The notes below the pieces were generated by a model, which saw only the letters and a program-made list of their open reading frames with translations, had not been told where the DNA came from and did not search any database. From positions 1-64,000 of the IMG/VR virus record IMGVR_UViG_3300044638_006750: a stretch of DNA of 64,000 bases. The stretch is one strand, 5' to 3'. A program made the position numbers and the translations under genes. This document shows, piece after piece, positions 1 through 11,760 of the stretch (position 1 is the first letter of the stretch; the number at the start of each line of letters is the position of its first letter).

Positions 1-43
1 AAAACTAACCTTCTCAATTTTGCCTAGTGCCTTTTCTTCCATT

Positions 44-1084
44 TTATTCTTTCAACAAAAAGTCATTATTGATAGCTTTAAAACTAACTTCTCCACAAAA
101 GCTCCGAATTACTATTCCTTCACGATCTTGATTTGGTTTTGCAGAGTTGAAGTGTTCGCTATATTTGCCTTTCGCCATCTCTAGTAGATCGGTCTTAGTA
201 TAACTGAAACTTGAGCCTTTGTCAACTATAGGAACAAAATTCAAACCAAGTTGAGAAGTTACAATCAAAGATTTATCTAAACATAACTTCTGACCAGTTC
301 TAATATCTATCACATTAAATATGTAAAGATCAGCATGAGATAATCCTAATGGGTTTTTTTGTATTCCCGGCCCAACAACCTCTCCCTGCAATGCTAGTCT
401 GTGACCCTTTTCCCAAAAGTTCCTTAATCCTTGCTCAATATTATATCTTTCAGATATTTTCCAGAATGAATGGTCATGGGATCTACGATAACTATAATTA
501 CGTCCACAAACATGATAGGTTCCATCTTTAGGGTCAATCAAGAATGAGGAGCTTGTACCATCCAATTTTAAACTAATATAGTATGGGTTTCCAGTTAAGC
601 TCTCAATAAATCCATACTCATCATCTAATTGTACTCGCACTTCATCGGTCTTACTTATGGGCCAACTAAAACTTCGTGCATCGCCCACTATCTGTGCTGG
701 AATTGGCGGCTCATATTTCTGAATACCCAGCAAGTCTGTTACATCATCTCCAATCTTCAACTCGGTAGGATTAGGCAGTACAGATATTGGGAGCAATAGT
801 CCTTGAGAAATTTGTCCTTTTAGTTTAATGCTACGAATTTTTTCTCCTTGAACTCCATTATATTCGCTTGGGTTTTTATCTTTCTTTGTCAGAAATGGTG
901 CTATGGTGGTAGGAACCCAAGAATCTATTTCTATCATAATTACAAGATCATCAATTTTATATTTTCCAACAGCATCAACAACCGTCCATCCACCAATATT
1001 ATAGGCGCATATTTTATCTGCTTCTGGAATTCTAGTAATATCAGATATTCTTTTAATAGATGCAAGTTTTCTCATTGTAGCCAC
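44..1084 (-). CDS. ATP-dependent RNA ligase, Rnl2/DRB0094-like family
   Basis: N-terminal MRKLASIKRI; nucleotidyltransferase motif I KLDGTS; QGEVVGPGIQKN; REGIVIR; terminal SFKAINNDFLLK. Confidence 0.9.
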   Translation of the reverse strand: MATMRKLASIKRISDITRIPEADKICAYNIGGWTVVDAVGKYKIDDLVIMIEIDSWVPTTIAPFLTKKDKNPSEYNGVQGEKIRSIKLKGQISQGLLLPISVLPNPTELKIGDDVTDLLGIQKYEPPIPAQIVGDARSFSWPISKTDEVRVQLDDEYGFIESLTGNPYYISLKLDGTSSSFLIDPKDGTYHVCGRNYSYRRSHDHSFWKISERYNIEQGLRNFWEKGHRLALQGEVVGPGIQKNPLGLSHADLYIFNVIDIRTGQKLCLDKSLIVTSQLGLNFVPIVDKGSSFSYTKTDLLEMAKGKYSEHFNSAKPNQDREGIVIRSFCGEVSFKAINNDFLLKE

Positions 1085-1461
1085 TTAATTGCTTTGTCTA
1101 AAAGCTCTTTTGAGTCTTTAAAAAACCCTAACCCTTTATTACAGGCATTACACAATAGTCCTCTAACTTTTCCTGTGGTATGATCATGATCTACGGCTAC
1201 AACATCCAAAGATTGTCCTTTTCTATGTTCAGGATGTTTCATATCTTTTCCGCATATTCCGCACTGTCCTCTAAATGCCTGCCAGTATATGTAAAACTCT
1301 TCTAAAGTTAAATTATATTTTTTAACTAAACTATGATGTCTTTGCATATCTCTAATAGAAGCAAATTTACGTTTATGGTCAGCGGAATGTCGTCTACATC
1401 GTATTCCATGGGTTAATTTATCACAGTTATCTTCTATACATTTGGTTTGTTTTCTTGGCAT
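1072..1461 (-). CDS. Endonuclease VII domain protein
   Basis: CGIC...AVDHDHTTGKVRGLLCNACNKGLG signature. Confidence 0.9.
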   Translation of the reverse strand: MPRKQTKCIEDNCDKLTHGIRCRRHSADHKRKFASIRDMQRHHSLVKKYNLTLEEFYIYWQAFRGQCGICGKDMKHPEHRKGQSLDVVAVDHDHTTGKVRGLLCNACNKGLGFFKDSKELLDKAIKWLQ

Positions 1462-1475
1462 AAAATCACTTTATA

Positions 1476-1757
1476 TTATGTAATTCCTACAATCCAGCCA
1501 GGACTATCATCAATCCAAATATCGACTACTATGTTTTGTCTTTTAATATAATCTGCTTTGGGTTCATCATGAGAAAAATAAGTTGTCATACCTTCTGGCA
1601 AAGAATTAATGAGTTCATGACGATTTTCATGACTTCTTGCAGTAACACATATCATGTTATGATTATGCTCTTTTGCTAATTGTATTACCCTATTCCAAAA
1701 TACAGGATCGGCAGTATATGTATCATCATAATCTATTGCTATAGTAAGTTTATTCAC
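1476..1757 (-). CDS. Minimal HAD-superfamily phosphatase-like protein
   Basis: IAIDYDDT (DxDxT), VTAR and WIDDSP motifs. Confidence 0.7.
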   Translation of the reverse strand: MNKLTIAIDYDDTYTADPVFWNRVIQLAKEHNHNMICVTARSHENRHELINSLPEGMTTYFSHDEPKADYIKRQNIVVDIWIDDSPGWIVGIT

Positions 1758-2445
1758 TGTAATCCTTTATCAATGGCTTCCCACTGACTACTTGAATTAT
1801 CGTTCCACATTATATCTTTAAATTTAAAAGGAGGTTCAGTATTAGGCCAATATTTCTTTGGATCTATTTCAACATCTTTAAAACGAGACTGACTGTATCT
1901 TAATTGTTCAATTTGAGCAACTAATTCTTTGACTACTCTTTCAAGATTAAGTAGCGACTCTAATACAACATCAATCTTTTGTTTACGCTTGGTTGATTTT
2001 TTAGTTTTCTTTTTCATTAGAGAACGCTTTCATAATATGAAGAAATTGGTCTATATATTCTTTGGTTGTGGTACAACTATCCCCATTATCTATGTATAAC
2101 CAGCCATTTAATCCTGACCAGATATGAAGTTTAGTTGGAGATGTTGTAATCTTAAACTTTCTATCCGAGTATTCTACTATACAAGATAGGAATATGTTTC
2201 CATCGGTTCGTGAATATCTTTCGCTAATCAGTCTCATTTGATTACGCTCATAAAATAGCCAAAACTAACTATCCAACTCAACACCAGAGTAACTATAGAC
2301 ACATTAAAAATCCAGTAGATATCGCCTTTATAATTCCACTCAAAAGCATGAGCAATAGTGAATAGAAGAAAAGTAATCCCCATAGAAAGAGCAAGAGAAA
2401 CAACACATGATAAAGCTATGCTTAGTGATAGTCGTCCTATAAATT

Positions 2446-3813
2446 CTAGCATTTCTTTTTTCTCCAAGGCTTATCTATTTCCCCAGCCATAATACAACCA
2501 TAAGGCTTTATCTCATCAACAATAGCTCCAAGATTAAAGTGTTTTATCTGTTCTTTAACCTTGTTGGCGTCTTTATATGCTGATGGTAATTCCGTAATGT
2601 CTGATTGTCCAGAAAAGAATCTTACGTCAAGTCCGGCTGTTTCTTCTTGTACAATTTGTTCTTTTGTTTTACCTGTTGAATCTAATTTAGACCGTCTATG
2701 GTCTGATCGACTATAGTTACGCCCAGCCCCATGCGGAGCAAACCCAAGATTAGTATGTGTAGTTTCTCCCTTAACAATGAGAATACCATCTCTCATATTC
2801 ATGGGAATTAATCGTAATCCATTATATGAGTCTGGAACAAAAACATCGTCCAAAGGAGTCGCCCCTTTTGCATGATAAAATAGATCATCCTTCTTGAACA
2901 CAAAGTTATGTTCATTCCAGAAAGTTTCAACATCTATTGTTTTAAATACTTTAAGTCTTACTAAGTCGTGTAAAATAGTATGATTAAGTTTTGTCCATTC
3001 TCTTACTATTTGTAAAGCATCCCAATAATCTTGTCCCTCTTTTGTATCAAAAGGAATCCAAGGATGCTTGGAATTGCTACGAGGACTTAATTCTTCTCTA
3101 AACTGTTGAGCCTTATACAATCCTTCTTTGTAAAGATTAGCACCAAATCCTCTACTGCCATGATGAGTTACCATTATGGTATGATTATCACTTTCCCTGA
3201 TTCCTATGAACAGAAAATGATTACCATCTCCTTGCGTACCAAGGTGATATTCGGCATAGTTTATGCTTTTAGCACTATTGAGATAGTAATTGCTACTGAT
3301 TTTATCTTTAAGATCGCTAGGAAGCCATCTGTGGTTCGATATTCGTCCACCTACTCCAAAATGGGTAATTTTAAAAGCGGCCTCCAGAGCCACGCTAGGG
3401 CTTGTAAAACCCAAATCTGTAGCCATCATAGAGCAACAAATGTCTGCACTGTGCATACTAGGATGAATAGCATTTTTTGTAACAACTATTCCTCCAACCG
3501 GAATATCGTTTGGGCCAGATGGACAAGCGTCTGGCATTATTGCAGCATCTACTGCTGTGGGCAAAGTTAGTATACTATTCATAGCAGAAACTACAGCATC
3601 AACATTTTGTTGTTCATGCTCATTATCGGCTATAATATTTTGATGAAAAAATATAGGTTCATTGTATGGATCAATAGTTTTAGGTACTATAGATTCTATG
3701 TATGAAACCATAGCATCGTTAGTCAATTGATTAGCATTAGCATAACCAATTACATCCTTAAACCATTTAGATGGCTTATATCCCAAATTTATAAGAGTTT
3801 GTCCATTAATCAT
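2446..3813 (-). CDS. rtcB: RtcB-family RNA ligase
   Basis: MPDAC, DICC, GDGNHF, HHGSRGFG, HNFV, HAKGAT, HGAGR and AYKD motifs. Confidence 0.92.
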   Translation of the reverse strand: MINGQTLINLGYKPSKWFKDVIGYANANQLTNDAMVSYIESIVPKTIDPYNEPIFFHQNIIADNEHEQQNVDAVVSAMNSILTLPTAVDAAIMPDACPSGPNDIPVGGIVVTKNAIHPSMHSADICCSMMATDLGFTSPSVALEAAFKITHFGVGGRISNHRWLPSDLKDKISSNYYLNSAKSINYAEYHLGTQGDGNHFLFIGIRESDNHTIMVTHHGSRGFGANLYKEGLYKAQQFREELSPRSNSKHPWIPFDTKEGQDYWDALQIVREWTKLNHTILHDLVRLKVFKTIDVETFWNEHNFVFKKDDLFYHAKGATPLDDVFVPDSYNGLRLIPMNMRDGILIVKGETTHTNLGFAPHGAGRNYSRSDHRRSKLDSTGKTKEQIVQEETAGLDVRFFSGQSDITELPSAYKDANKVKEQIKHFNLGAIVDEIKPYGCIMAGEIDKPWRKKKC

Positions 3814-4112
3814 TATACTTCCAGTATATCAGATATTCCTTCTAACAGATTTCTTCGTACATTCTTATTCATATTGGACAAGAGAATGTGTTTCTTAACA
3901 AAGTCCACACCTTGATCCTTAGCTATTTTACCGATTAGATTTCGTCCCCATCCATTAGTTATGCTACGAACATCCTTGAAATCAATCTCTACATTAAAAC
4001 CCAATTCAATTTCTTCAAGCACAGACTTTCGTAATTCTGTAGCAAGTTTTGTGCTGCTCAGATCAGTACCATACATATCTTTAATTTCGTAATAAATCAA
4101 CGGACCTTTCAT
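3813..4112 (-). CDS. STAS-like (DUF4325-type) protein
   Basis: LSS...LR...VEIDFKDVRSIT pattern; about 100 aa. Confidence 0.6.
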   Translation of the reverse strand: MKGPLIYYEIKDMYGTDLSSTKLATELRKSVLEEIELGFNVEIDFKDVRSITNGWGRNLIGKIAKDQGVDFVKKHILLSNMNKNVRRNLLEGISDILEV

Positions 4113-4538
4113 GTTTCCTCTTTGTCAAAGTCTAGTAAGTCTGGATTAATTAAATCTATCATATAATCTTTAGTTAAAGCCAATGCTTCTTCACTTCCAA
4201 TCTCAGTAAGAATTTCCTCAATATCAGCAACTATTTTGTCTACAAATTCACAAACCTCCGTAAAATCACTTCTGTCTAGAGTAGCTAATTCTTTTGGTAT
4301 ATTAATTATCATAGGTATTTCTTAAACATTAGTGGGCCAATACGAACAAACTTATATGGAACCCCGCTATTAAATCGTGTTCCAAAATAAAACAAATTAG
4401 TTATACTCCAGCCCACCCAATCTATTTTCATAAATTTCCTTGTATTGAAAATGCCCCAATCATCTGACGTTGAAACCCTAAATACGGGAAACAGAGGTCA
4501 AGGACATTACCTCCCGGTGATCAAGTCGGTGGCGGCGG

Positions 4539-4793
4539 TTAATTCCGCTCTTGATTAATTATATCCTGTCCCGTATCATAGTCAATGACCGGATTATCAA
4601 AAGACTCTATTAGTCTTTGCAGAGTAACTTTCAAATCTTCTAGGCTTTCTTCCATAATCCTAATGGGTTCTTCTGTCAAACCATTCACCTTACCATTCTC
4701 ATCATAATAGACCTCATGAATAGCATAATAAATAGCATCATCCATATGGGTTCTAGGCTCAATATGTCGGATTATTCTGTGATTCCAACTCAT
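4539..4793 (-). CDS. Phage hypothetical protein
   Basis: MSWNHRII...YAIHEVYYDENG pattern recalled from phage ORFs; not verified. Confidence 0.6.
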   Translation of the reverse strand: MSWNHRIIRHIEPRTHMDDAIYYAIHEVYYDENGKVNGLTEEPIRIMEESLEDLKVTLQRLIESFDNPVIDYDTGQDIINQERN

Positions 4794-4838
4794 AGTAGTT
4801 AACTCTCTTAAAAAGACCTTGTTAAGTGTTATTATGGA

Positions 4839-5471
4839 CTATTTTGTTTCAGCTATAATGTATATGTATGTGTTTTCTTTGTTTCTAATACCCGATAATT
4901 CTGTAAAATATCCTAATTCTGTTATTTTTATAATAGAAAAAATATTAATTAAAGATTCTTCATCAAAAAAATGTATATATTTATTATTTAAAGACAAGAA
5001 CTCGTCTTGTTTTATCTGCTGATAATTTGCTAGTGCATGTTCATATTCTTGGCAGCTTTTAGATCTAGCGGATATAAAAATCTTATTTGAGTGTTGTTCA
5101 ATGAACTGTATGGTTTTTTGCAGACTTTCTGTTTTTATTGTATGTAAAACTCTATGCGATATTAGGAAATCAAATTTTGTTGTTGGTGGTTCCATTTCTT
5201 CTAGATGACCGCAAAAATTTTGTACTTTATAGCCCAAAAGTTTGATAGTATTATGTATAGCAATATTTGATATATCATTAATAATTAAATTGCAAAATAA
5301 ATTGTCTGTAATAAATTTTGCTACCCTTCCTGTTCCACAACCATGATCAAGTATTGTGGGTTTTCCTTGATATTGTTTGATATCGTCTATAAAAGCCATT
5401 AATTGTGGACATATGCGTGTATGTCGATAATTAATATTATTGTGTCTATTTTCCCAAAAATTATGACTCAT
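4839..5471 (-). CDS. Class I SAM-dependent methyltransferase
   Basis: ILDHGCGTGR motif I; FDFLISHRVLH. Confidence 0.85.
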   Translation of the reverse strand: MSHNFWENRHNNINYRHTRICPQLMAFIDDIKQYQGKPTILDHGCGTGRVAKFITDNLFCNLIINDISNIAIHNTIKLLGYKVQNFCGHLEEMEPPTTKFDFLISHRVLHTIKTESLQKTIQFIEQHSNKIFISARSKSCQEYEHALANYQQIKQDEFLSLNNKYIHFFDEESLINIFSIIKITELGYFTELSGIRNKENTYIYIIAETK

Positions 5472-5474
5472 ATA

Positions 5475-6170
5475 TTATAACAGTAAAATTGATGGAACAC
5501 CGCAGCATATCGGTAAGTGACTAGATGTATCATAGTACATTATCGAAATTTTTGATACATCGTAAAAAAGTTTGAAATATTGTAAAATTTGACTATTAAA
5601 CTTATTTATATTTGGTTGAAAGTGTCCGGATTTATTATCTATATAAATAATTTTTTTAGATATTCTATCAATCGTAATACAACCAGCTCCATAGACAAAT
5701 GTTTGGTCTCCAGCTAAAAACTCATGACTATAACCTAGATTAAGATTCCATTTATTGTCTATAATAAAATCTAGTATAGTATTATAGTGTTGATTTTCGT
5801 GCAAATTTATTCTTTGGTTTTCTATGGAAAAATTTATTTTATTTTCTAACTCTTTTTTAATAGAACATTTGATTGGTATCGCATATTTTTTATGAATATC
5901 AATATGTGTTGTTTTAATAAAATTATACTGATCTTTTAGACTATTACTAATAAATGAGGTTTTTGATAATGAGGCTAGTGTTTCTTCACATCTAGTATTC
6001 GTTGGATCTATTTGCCAAGCCTTTAATAACATTGCGAATCTTTCTTCACAGGAAGAACAATAATTATCTGCAAATATAATATAAGGCCAAGCTTCGTTTG
6101 GTTTTAAGTCTAATGCTTGTTTCAGAATAAATTTTGATTGTATTGCCAAATCATGCCAGTTTTTAGACAT
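5475..6170 (-). CDS. Hypothetical protein: helical N-terminus plus C-terminal H..LAG...AG.I...N.SGH..P domain
   Basis: HEFLAGDQTFVYGAGCITID...IDNKSGHFQP. Confidence 0.5.
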   Translation of the reverse strand: MSKNWHDLAIQSKFILKQALDLKPNEAWPYIIFADNYCSSCEERFAMLLKAWQIDPTNTRCEETLASLSKTSFISNSLKDQYNFIKTTHIDIHKKYAIPIKCSIKKELENKINFSIENQRINLHENQHYNTILDFIIDNKWNLNLGYSHEFLAGDQTFVYGAGCITIDRISKKIIYIDNKSGHFQPNINKFNSQILQYFKLFYDVSKISIMYYDTSSHLPICCGVPSILLL

Positions 6171-6287
6171 ACTGAGTATTATTCTTGTATCTTTGTTCCC
6201 ATATCATATGGATATCCGTCCTCTGGATCATCACTATAAATATCTTCATAATGATTGTCCCACCAAGGAATTTTACTATCCGGTAAG

Positions 6288-7796
6288 TTATTTTCTGTAT
6301 TGCTCATTTGTGGGTTTCCATTCGTTTTTAAGAAACTTTAAAGTTGCTGCTACTAAATCTTCTCTATAATAACAGTCTAGCTCTAAATCTGTCAGTTCAT
6401 GATATTTTGAGGGCCAAACTCCATGAAGAACATTCATTAAAGCCTGTCCATATCTCCAGTTGAAATTCTTACTGGTCTGATCTACAAGTTTAACAAACTC
6501 TTCATAGTTCATTTGAAGTATTCTCGTTAAGATTTTTTAATGTATTGATTATGCTCAATAACAAATCAGCATCAAATTCATATTCAAAAGGTAAAAAGAT
6601 CCAACGATTATGCTCTTTAAGCATAAAATATCCATATTCACATTTGTAATGTATATCACTCATCCATTGTAAACTAGGATATTCCATTATTTCTTCTTTT
6701 TATTGTTGAGATTTTTGTCTAAACGATTCAAATATAGATTTTCATGAGTTTTTTCTTCTTGTTCTTTTTGTTTTCTTTTCTTTTTGTGTTCTTTGTTTTC
6801 TTTAAATTGAATCTTAATAGATTTAGTACCAGAATATATCATAAATATAGGTAAAATTAATACAAAACATAAAACAGCATACGAACAATATGATAATATT
6901 ATCAGTAAAAATTGAATAAATAAAACACAGTAGTATGAAAAAGGAGATTCTCTTTGAAAATACTCCATCCATTCTGGTTCAAACATTATCTTAAACTCTC
7001 TCTGATCGCATCCTTGGCATCATCCCAGCCTTGATGGTATGCCGCCTCTAGCCACGTTTTAATTTCTTGCCAGTTGTCTACTGGGTCTTTTGGGTTTTTA
7101 ACCAGATCATCGTAGGCTCGTTCAGAACGTAACGAAAACCCCTCTATTTCATTGAGCCAATCTTCAAAATTTGCCATTAAAAAATCCTTGTTGTATTGAA
7201 GCGAGGTTCTTCAGTCTTACACAAAACCTCGCTAAAAGTCTACGGCTATTGATTAAAGGAATACCCGCGATCCTAACCTTTCGGTTCAATTACAGTATCA
7301 GTATAAGTATTTATTTCTGGAAGTTTAAATTTCTTATACCCTATAAAAACTTGGCTAGTAATAACTCCCATTCCCGCAATGAGAGTAATGATTAAGCCAA
7401 CCGCAAAGATAACAAAATTACTCATTTCACCAGATTTCCTAGACTAAGAATACTTGGAACCCATAACCCAACAAAAATTGCTTGATCACGATTAATATCA
7501 GCGTCTCCCAAAAACCAAAGAGATACACTAAAAACAAAACTAGCAAATGCCGCAACCACAAAATAACTACTACTCTTCATATAATTAATCTTTCTTTAAA
7601 AGGTATTGTTTCTAATCGCCCTAATTATTTTCCGTGCCAACGCAGCACCACCGACAATCCTGCCTTCTGTATAATCATCCAGCCCATAACCAACTGTAGA
7701 TTCTCTCTGTTTTTGAGCGTCTATCGCTTCCAAACACAATTTTTCTACTGTTAGTTTAAGTTTATCATATTTCTCAGTATTTTTCATAAAATTCAA
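6288..7796 (-). CDS. Run of small hypothetical ORFs (6288-6512, 6502-6687, 6687-6986, 6986-7177, 7596-7796)
   Basis: Tightly abutting or overlapping start/stop codons on one strand. Confidence 0.7.
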
Positions 7797-8401
7797 TCGG
7801 CCTGATGTAGTATATCATATGTTTCTAACTCGTCAAGGCACACAAACTTTGTATTACCATACTGTATAGTGCGAGAATCATGCCAATGTCCAAATATCCA
7901 CAAGTCTGGCTGATGGATATTAAACAATTCATTTAATGCCCATCCTGTCATGTTCTCATAAACTCTTTGGTGAGGCAAAAGCATTTGAGCGGCGATACTG
8001 CTAGGACAATCGTGCGTGATAACAATTTTAGGTTTTATTTTTCTGTATAATTCTCTAGCTGCCATAAAGTCTTCGATGGTTAATTGTTCTTTTTCCCACC
8101 AATCAATACCAACGGTACGATATTGTCTATCTATAGAATATGCTCCACGATAAAAAAAGAAATCAATACCACCTAAAGAACATTGTCCATAATCTCCTAA
8201 ATAGTTGGGGAATAAATGAATAATGTCATAATTATCATGATTGCCACCAATAACTTTGTGTCTCTTAAACGATAAATTATTTAGACAATTATATTTAAAG
8301 CCTAGATCCCCTAGTTGAACAGTATAATCTCTTTTTCTAGCTATCTGCTCATACTTGTCATATTTCCCATGAACATCACCTATTACTGTTAGTTGCGTCA
8401 T
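7793..8401 (-). CDS. Calcineurin-like metallophosphoesterase
   Basis: GDVHG, GDLG, GNHD, THD and GHWH motifs. Confidence 0.92.
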   Translation of the reverse strand: MTQLTVIGDVHGKYDKYEQIARKRDYTVQLGDLGFKYNCLNNLSFKRHKVIGGNHDNYDIIHLFPNYLGDYGQCSLGGIDFFFYRGAYSIDRQYRTVGIDWWEKEQLTIEDFMAARELYRKIKPKIVITHDCPSSIAAQMLLPHQRVYENMTGWALNELFNIHQPDLWIFGHWHDSRTIQYGNTKFVCLDELETYDILHQAD

Positions 8402-8686
8402 CTTTTTGATCCAAGATTTCTAATACTTCGTTGCGTCTGTGATGCCATAATCTTGCTAGTCCGGTAAAAGAATCATTATATCCTAGAGCATCTGAATTGT
8501 CAAACGCAAAATCGGCAATAGTTTCTGCTAAGTTAACCATATCTTTTACATCTAGTCTATGCTCTGAATAAGAATTGTATCCATAAACTCTAAATTGAAA
8601 TGGTTTATAATTTAGATGGGGATTATGATGAATCTCTATCATTAGATCATCGTTCACAGAAATAGTTTGTTTTTTATTCATAAAGT

Positions 8687-9373
8687 TTAATTTTCTACAA
8701 TAAACGGATATGTTTTGTCTTCTACTCTACAGCCCCAGCCTAAAGTGCTACCAAATTCTTTTCTCCATTGAAAAATCAGATTAGTTTTAGGACAAAATAC
8801 TCTCATTTTAGGATGTATATAATTAGCAATAACATGATCTATATGAGATCTTTTGACATCTTTAGTATAATCATTATTAGTATCATTATCAATTCTACTG
8901 AAATGATATTCTAAAGCTTCAATCAGGTAGAAGATTTTCCTAGGATTTACTAAGTAGGCATGAAGATTTGTTACTTTGGTATCTCTAGTAGAATATTGAT
9001 TAATATCTACAGAAAAATTACTATCATGCATTGAAGGATAAAAATAAATCATATCCCATACATTATATTGTAAATAATCATTTAATAGACTATTTAGATA
9101 TAAGTTAATTTCACTAATATCTACAAGACGAGCATCGTCTTCCAAAATCAAACAAAGTTCTTGAGTATCATGAGCAATTTTTAATGCTTTGATATGAGAC
9201 AGAAAACAGGATTTCAAAGATTTGTTTTGAAAACCATTACTGCTATCAACAGGAACGGCAGATACAAACTGATAATTTAGATCATAAATTTTTGCCTGAT
9301 CCTCCTGATATTTTCTCCTATCTTTATGGTCTGGATGATTAATAATTAGTATTTTATCTACATATTTTATCAT
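8687..9373 (-). CDS. Glycosyltransferase, family 25-like
   Basis: IIN...DRR, SCFLSH, LILEDDA, HAYLV, HIDH. Confidence 0.8.
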   Translation of the reverse strand: MIKYVDKILIINHPDHKDRRKYQEDQAKIYDLNYQFVSAVPVDSSNGFQNKSLKSCFLSHIKALKIAHDTQELCLILEDDARLVDISEINLYLNSLLNDYLQYNVWDMIYFYPSMHDSNFSVDINQYSTRDTKVTNLHAYLVNPRKIFYLIEALEYHFSRIDNDTNNDYTKDVKRSHIDHVIANYIHPKMRVFCPKTNLIFQWRKEFGSTLGWGCRVEDKTYPFIVEN

Positions 9374-9377
9374 TAAA

Positions 9378-11760
9378 CTAGCCTAATTGTTTGCTCTTGA
9401 TCCATTGTAGTGTTTCAAAAAAACAATTCTCACACATTTGAAGTTCATATTTTTCTCCATCGTGTTTTGACCCATAGCCCCACAATGCCTCTAAAGTAGC
9501 ATATTCACTACCAAAAATATCATTGGTGCAACAAGTCTTACATCTATCACAGTATACTTTGTCTTCAATCTTACGATATTGTTTTTTATATGTCTTCATA
9601 TGGTTTTGCAACCCATCCTAGATTGAGGAGATCATTGGATATTTCTGATGTAACAAAACCCTCAGACACATATCCATCAATACTATTTGATGCTATGCCA
9701 GAACAATACCAGTCCATATAATCCATAGAGTCTCTAACCATATTTAGTTTAGAGTCATCATTGATGAGTTGAGAAACTAATCCTCCAGCATATCTCCAAG
9801 AACAAGTCCATTCATCATCGTTTTTAAAAAATCTATTGTTGCACATAGCAGCATACAAATTTTGAGCATAGGTTTCCCTTTCCCTACACTTGTATCTGAT
9901 CCATTCTGTCTTGAACAGATCATCTTCTAAAGATGCTTTCATTTTCCGTATTTACTTTTCAGTAAATCCACTATTTGGCCTGCCGTGAAAGGAACAGTAT
10001 TACCCCCAAAGTAATATTCTCCAGTTAAATAAATCATATCATCTAGGATTTCTTCACTATTATAGAGTTTAGACCACTTGGGTTTATATTCATCCTTCAT
10101 GTATTCCCAAACACTATTATAAAAATCGCAAACAAGTTGGTGTGCTTTTTCATTCATATGGCAATATTATCCTCTCTGTACGAGTCCAGTTTCAACGCCT
10201 GTATAAAAGTATCAAACAAAACTCTTTCGTGAGATTCAATTAAAACAGCCAAACCTTCCAAAGCATTACTGATTTGATCTTTTGAAAGATCATGCTCTAG
10301 TATACTAGCAGATAAATCTCTAAGATGATCAGCAAAAATACTCGTTTTATTAATTTTATCCTCAAGATCGAATCTATCTTTCATATTTTATGTCCTGCTT
10401 TCTGGTCTATAAAATTTACGAACAGTTTCCCAAGAAGGAAGTTCATAGAAAGGATCTCCTTCATTGACACAAACACCATTTTTATCATAGATATCATAAA
10501 ACGACACATTTCGTCGATCATAGTCTTCCCACGAATCATAATTAGCAATAATCTCAAATAGTGAATTAGACGCTAAACTATGATGGTCATAATGATAAAC
10601 TGCAACGATTTCTGTATTCATATCGGCCTCCAGTGCTAGAGGTAGTATAACACGGTTATCGTCAGTGTCAACCCTAAACTTTAAAAATAATGGGGCCACT
10701 ACGGAGTAGTCAAGTTTTTATTTTGATTGATCCCTTTTTATGTTTCGGTAAATATGGACAATTCAAACATTTATGTCCGCAGCAAATTTTCCGACTGACT
10801 AGAAATTCTTTGGTTAGTGGTTTTGGCATTATATTTTAGACCAATATTGTTGGCCCACATCAAACAAAATATACCTAAAAGCAGATACCATCCGCCTTGT
10901 AATACGACGAAATATACACCGACAGACATAATGCTTAGACCAACTAAACATTCAATCAATCCTTTTTTCATCACAATACCCATCCTCTTTTATAAAGTCC
11001 TGCATAAAGTCAATTAAGTTTTGAAGTTCATTATGATCCAATTGAAATTTATATGCTTTATCGTGCTTGTGAATCCATAAAATATATCCATCTTCTGCTC
11101 TACAGATTTTAAAAATTTGACCCCAAGATTCAAAAGTGTCCAGATATTTCATATATCATTATGTTCAAACACTAAACTATTTAGTATAGCTGATAAGGCT
11201 GTTATATTTCCTATATCCATTTCTATGTTTTTTGCTTCGCCATTGGTTTCCACAATAGACAATAGAAAGGTTTTGTTTCCATACATTCTAAGTGTAATTT
11301 TTTGTCCAGAAACAGTTAAAAATGATGGCATATCTCGTTCCTTTACCAGTGATGAATAGTATTAGCTATAATAAAACCACATGTTATGAAATTAATTAGA
11401 ATAATACTTAATTTTATCCAAAAGGCTGTCCATGCTTCTATCTGTGTAAGAATAGGTATATCTGGAGCATCATAGTCATCTTTGCCAACTCTATGATCTA
11501 TTGCCCTTGCTAAAATTAATAGTTTTCGATATAAGTAATTTCCCATCTTACTGTTGTGTTTGAAAATATTGTTGAATAAATCTAGCAAATTCTAGAAAAT
11601 CATTTGGACTGGATTCTATCACATATTCTTGGCGTATACCATCGTATTCATTAACAATACTTAGTCCATATTGTCCATTCTTAATTGATCTAAAAAGAAT
11701 AGCATTAGATGTATTTGTGTCATTAAAAAAATATGTTTCTGATGTCATTATACCTCCCAA
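9378..11760 (-). CDS. Run of about 11 small hypothetical ORFs
   Basis: Contiguous, translationally coupled minus-strand ORFs of 60-118 aa. Confidence 0.7.
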
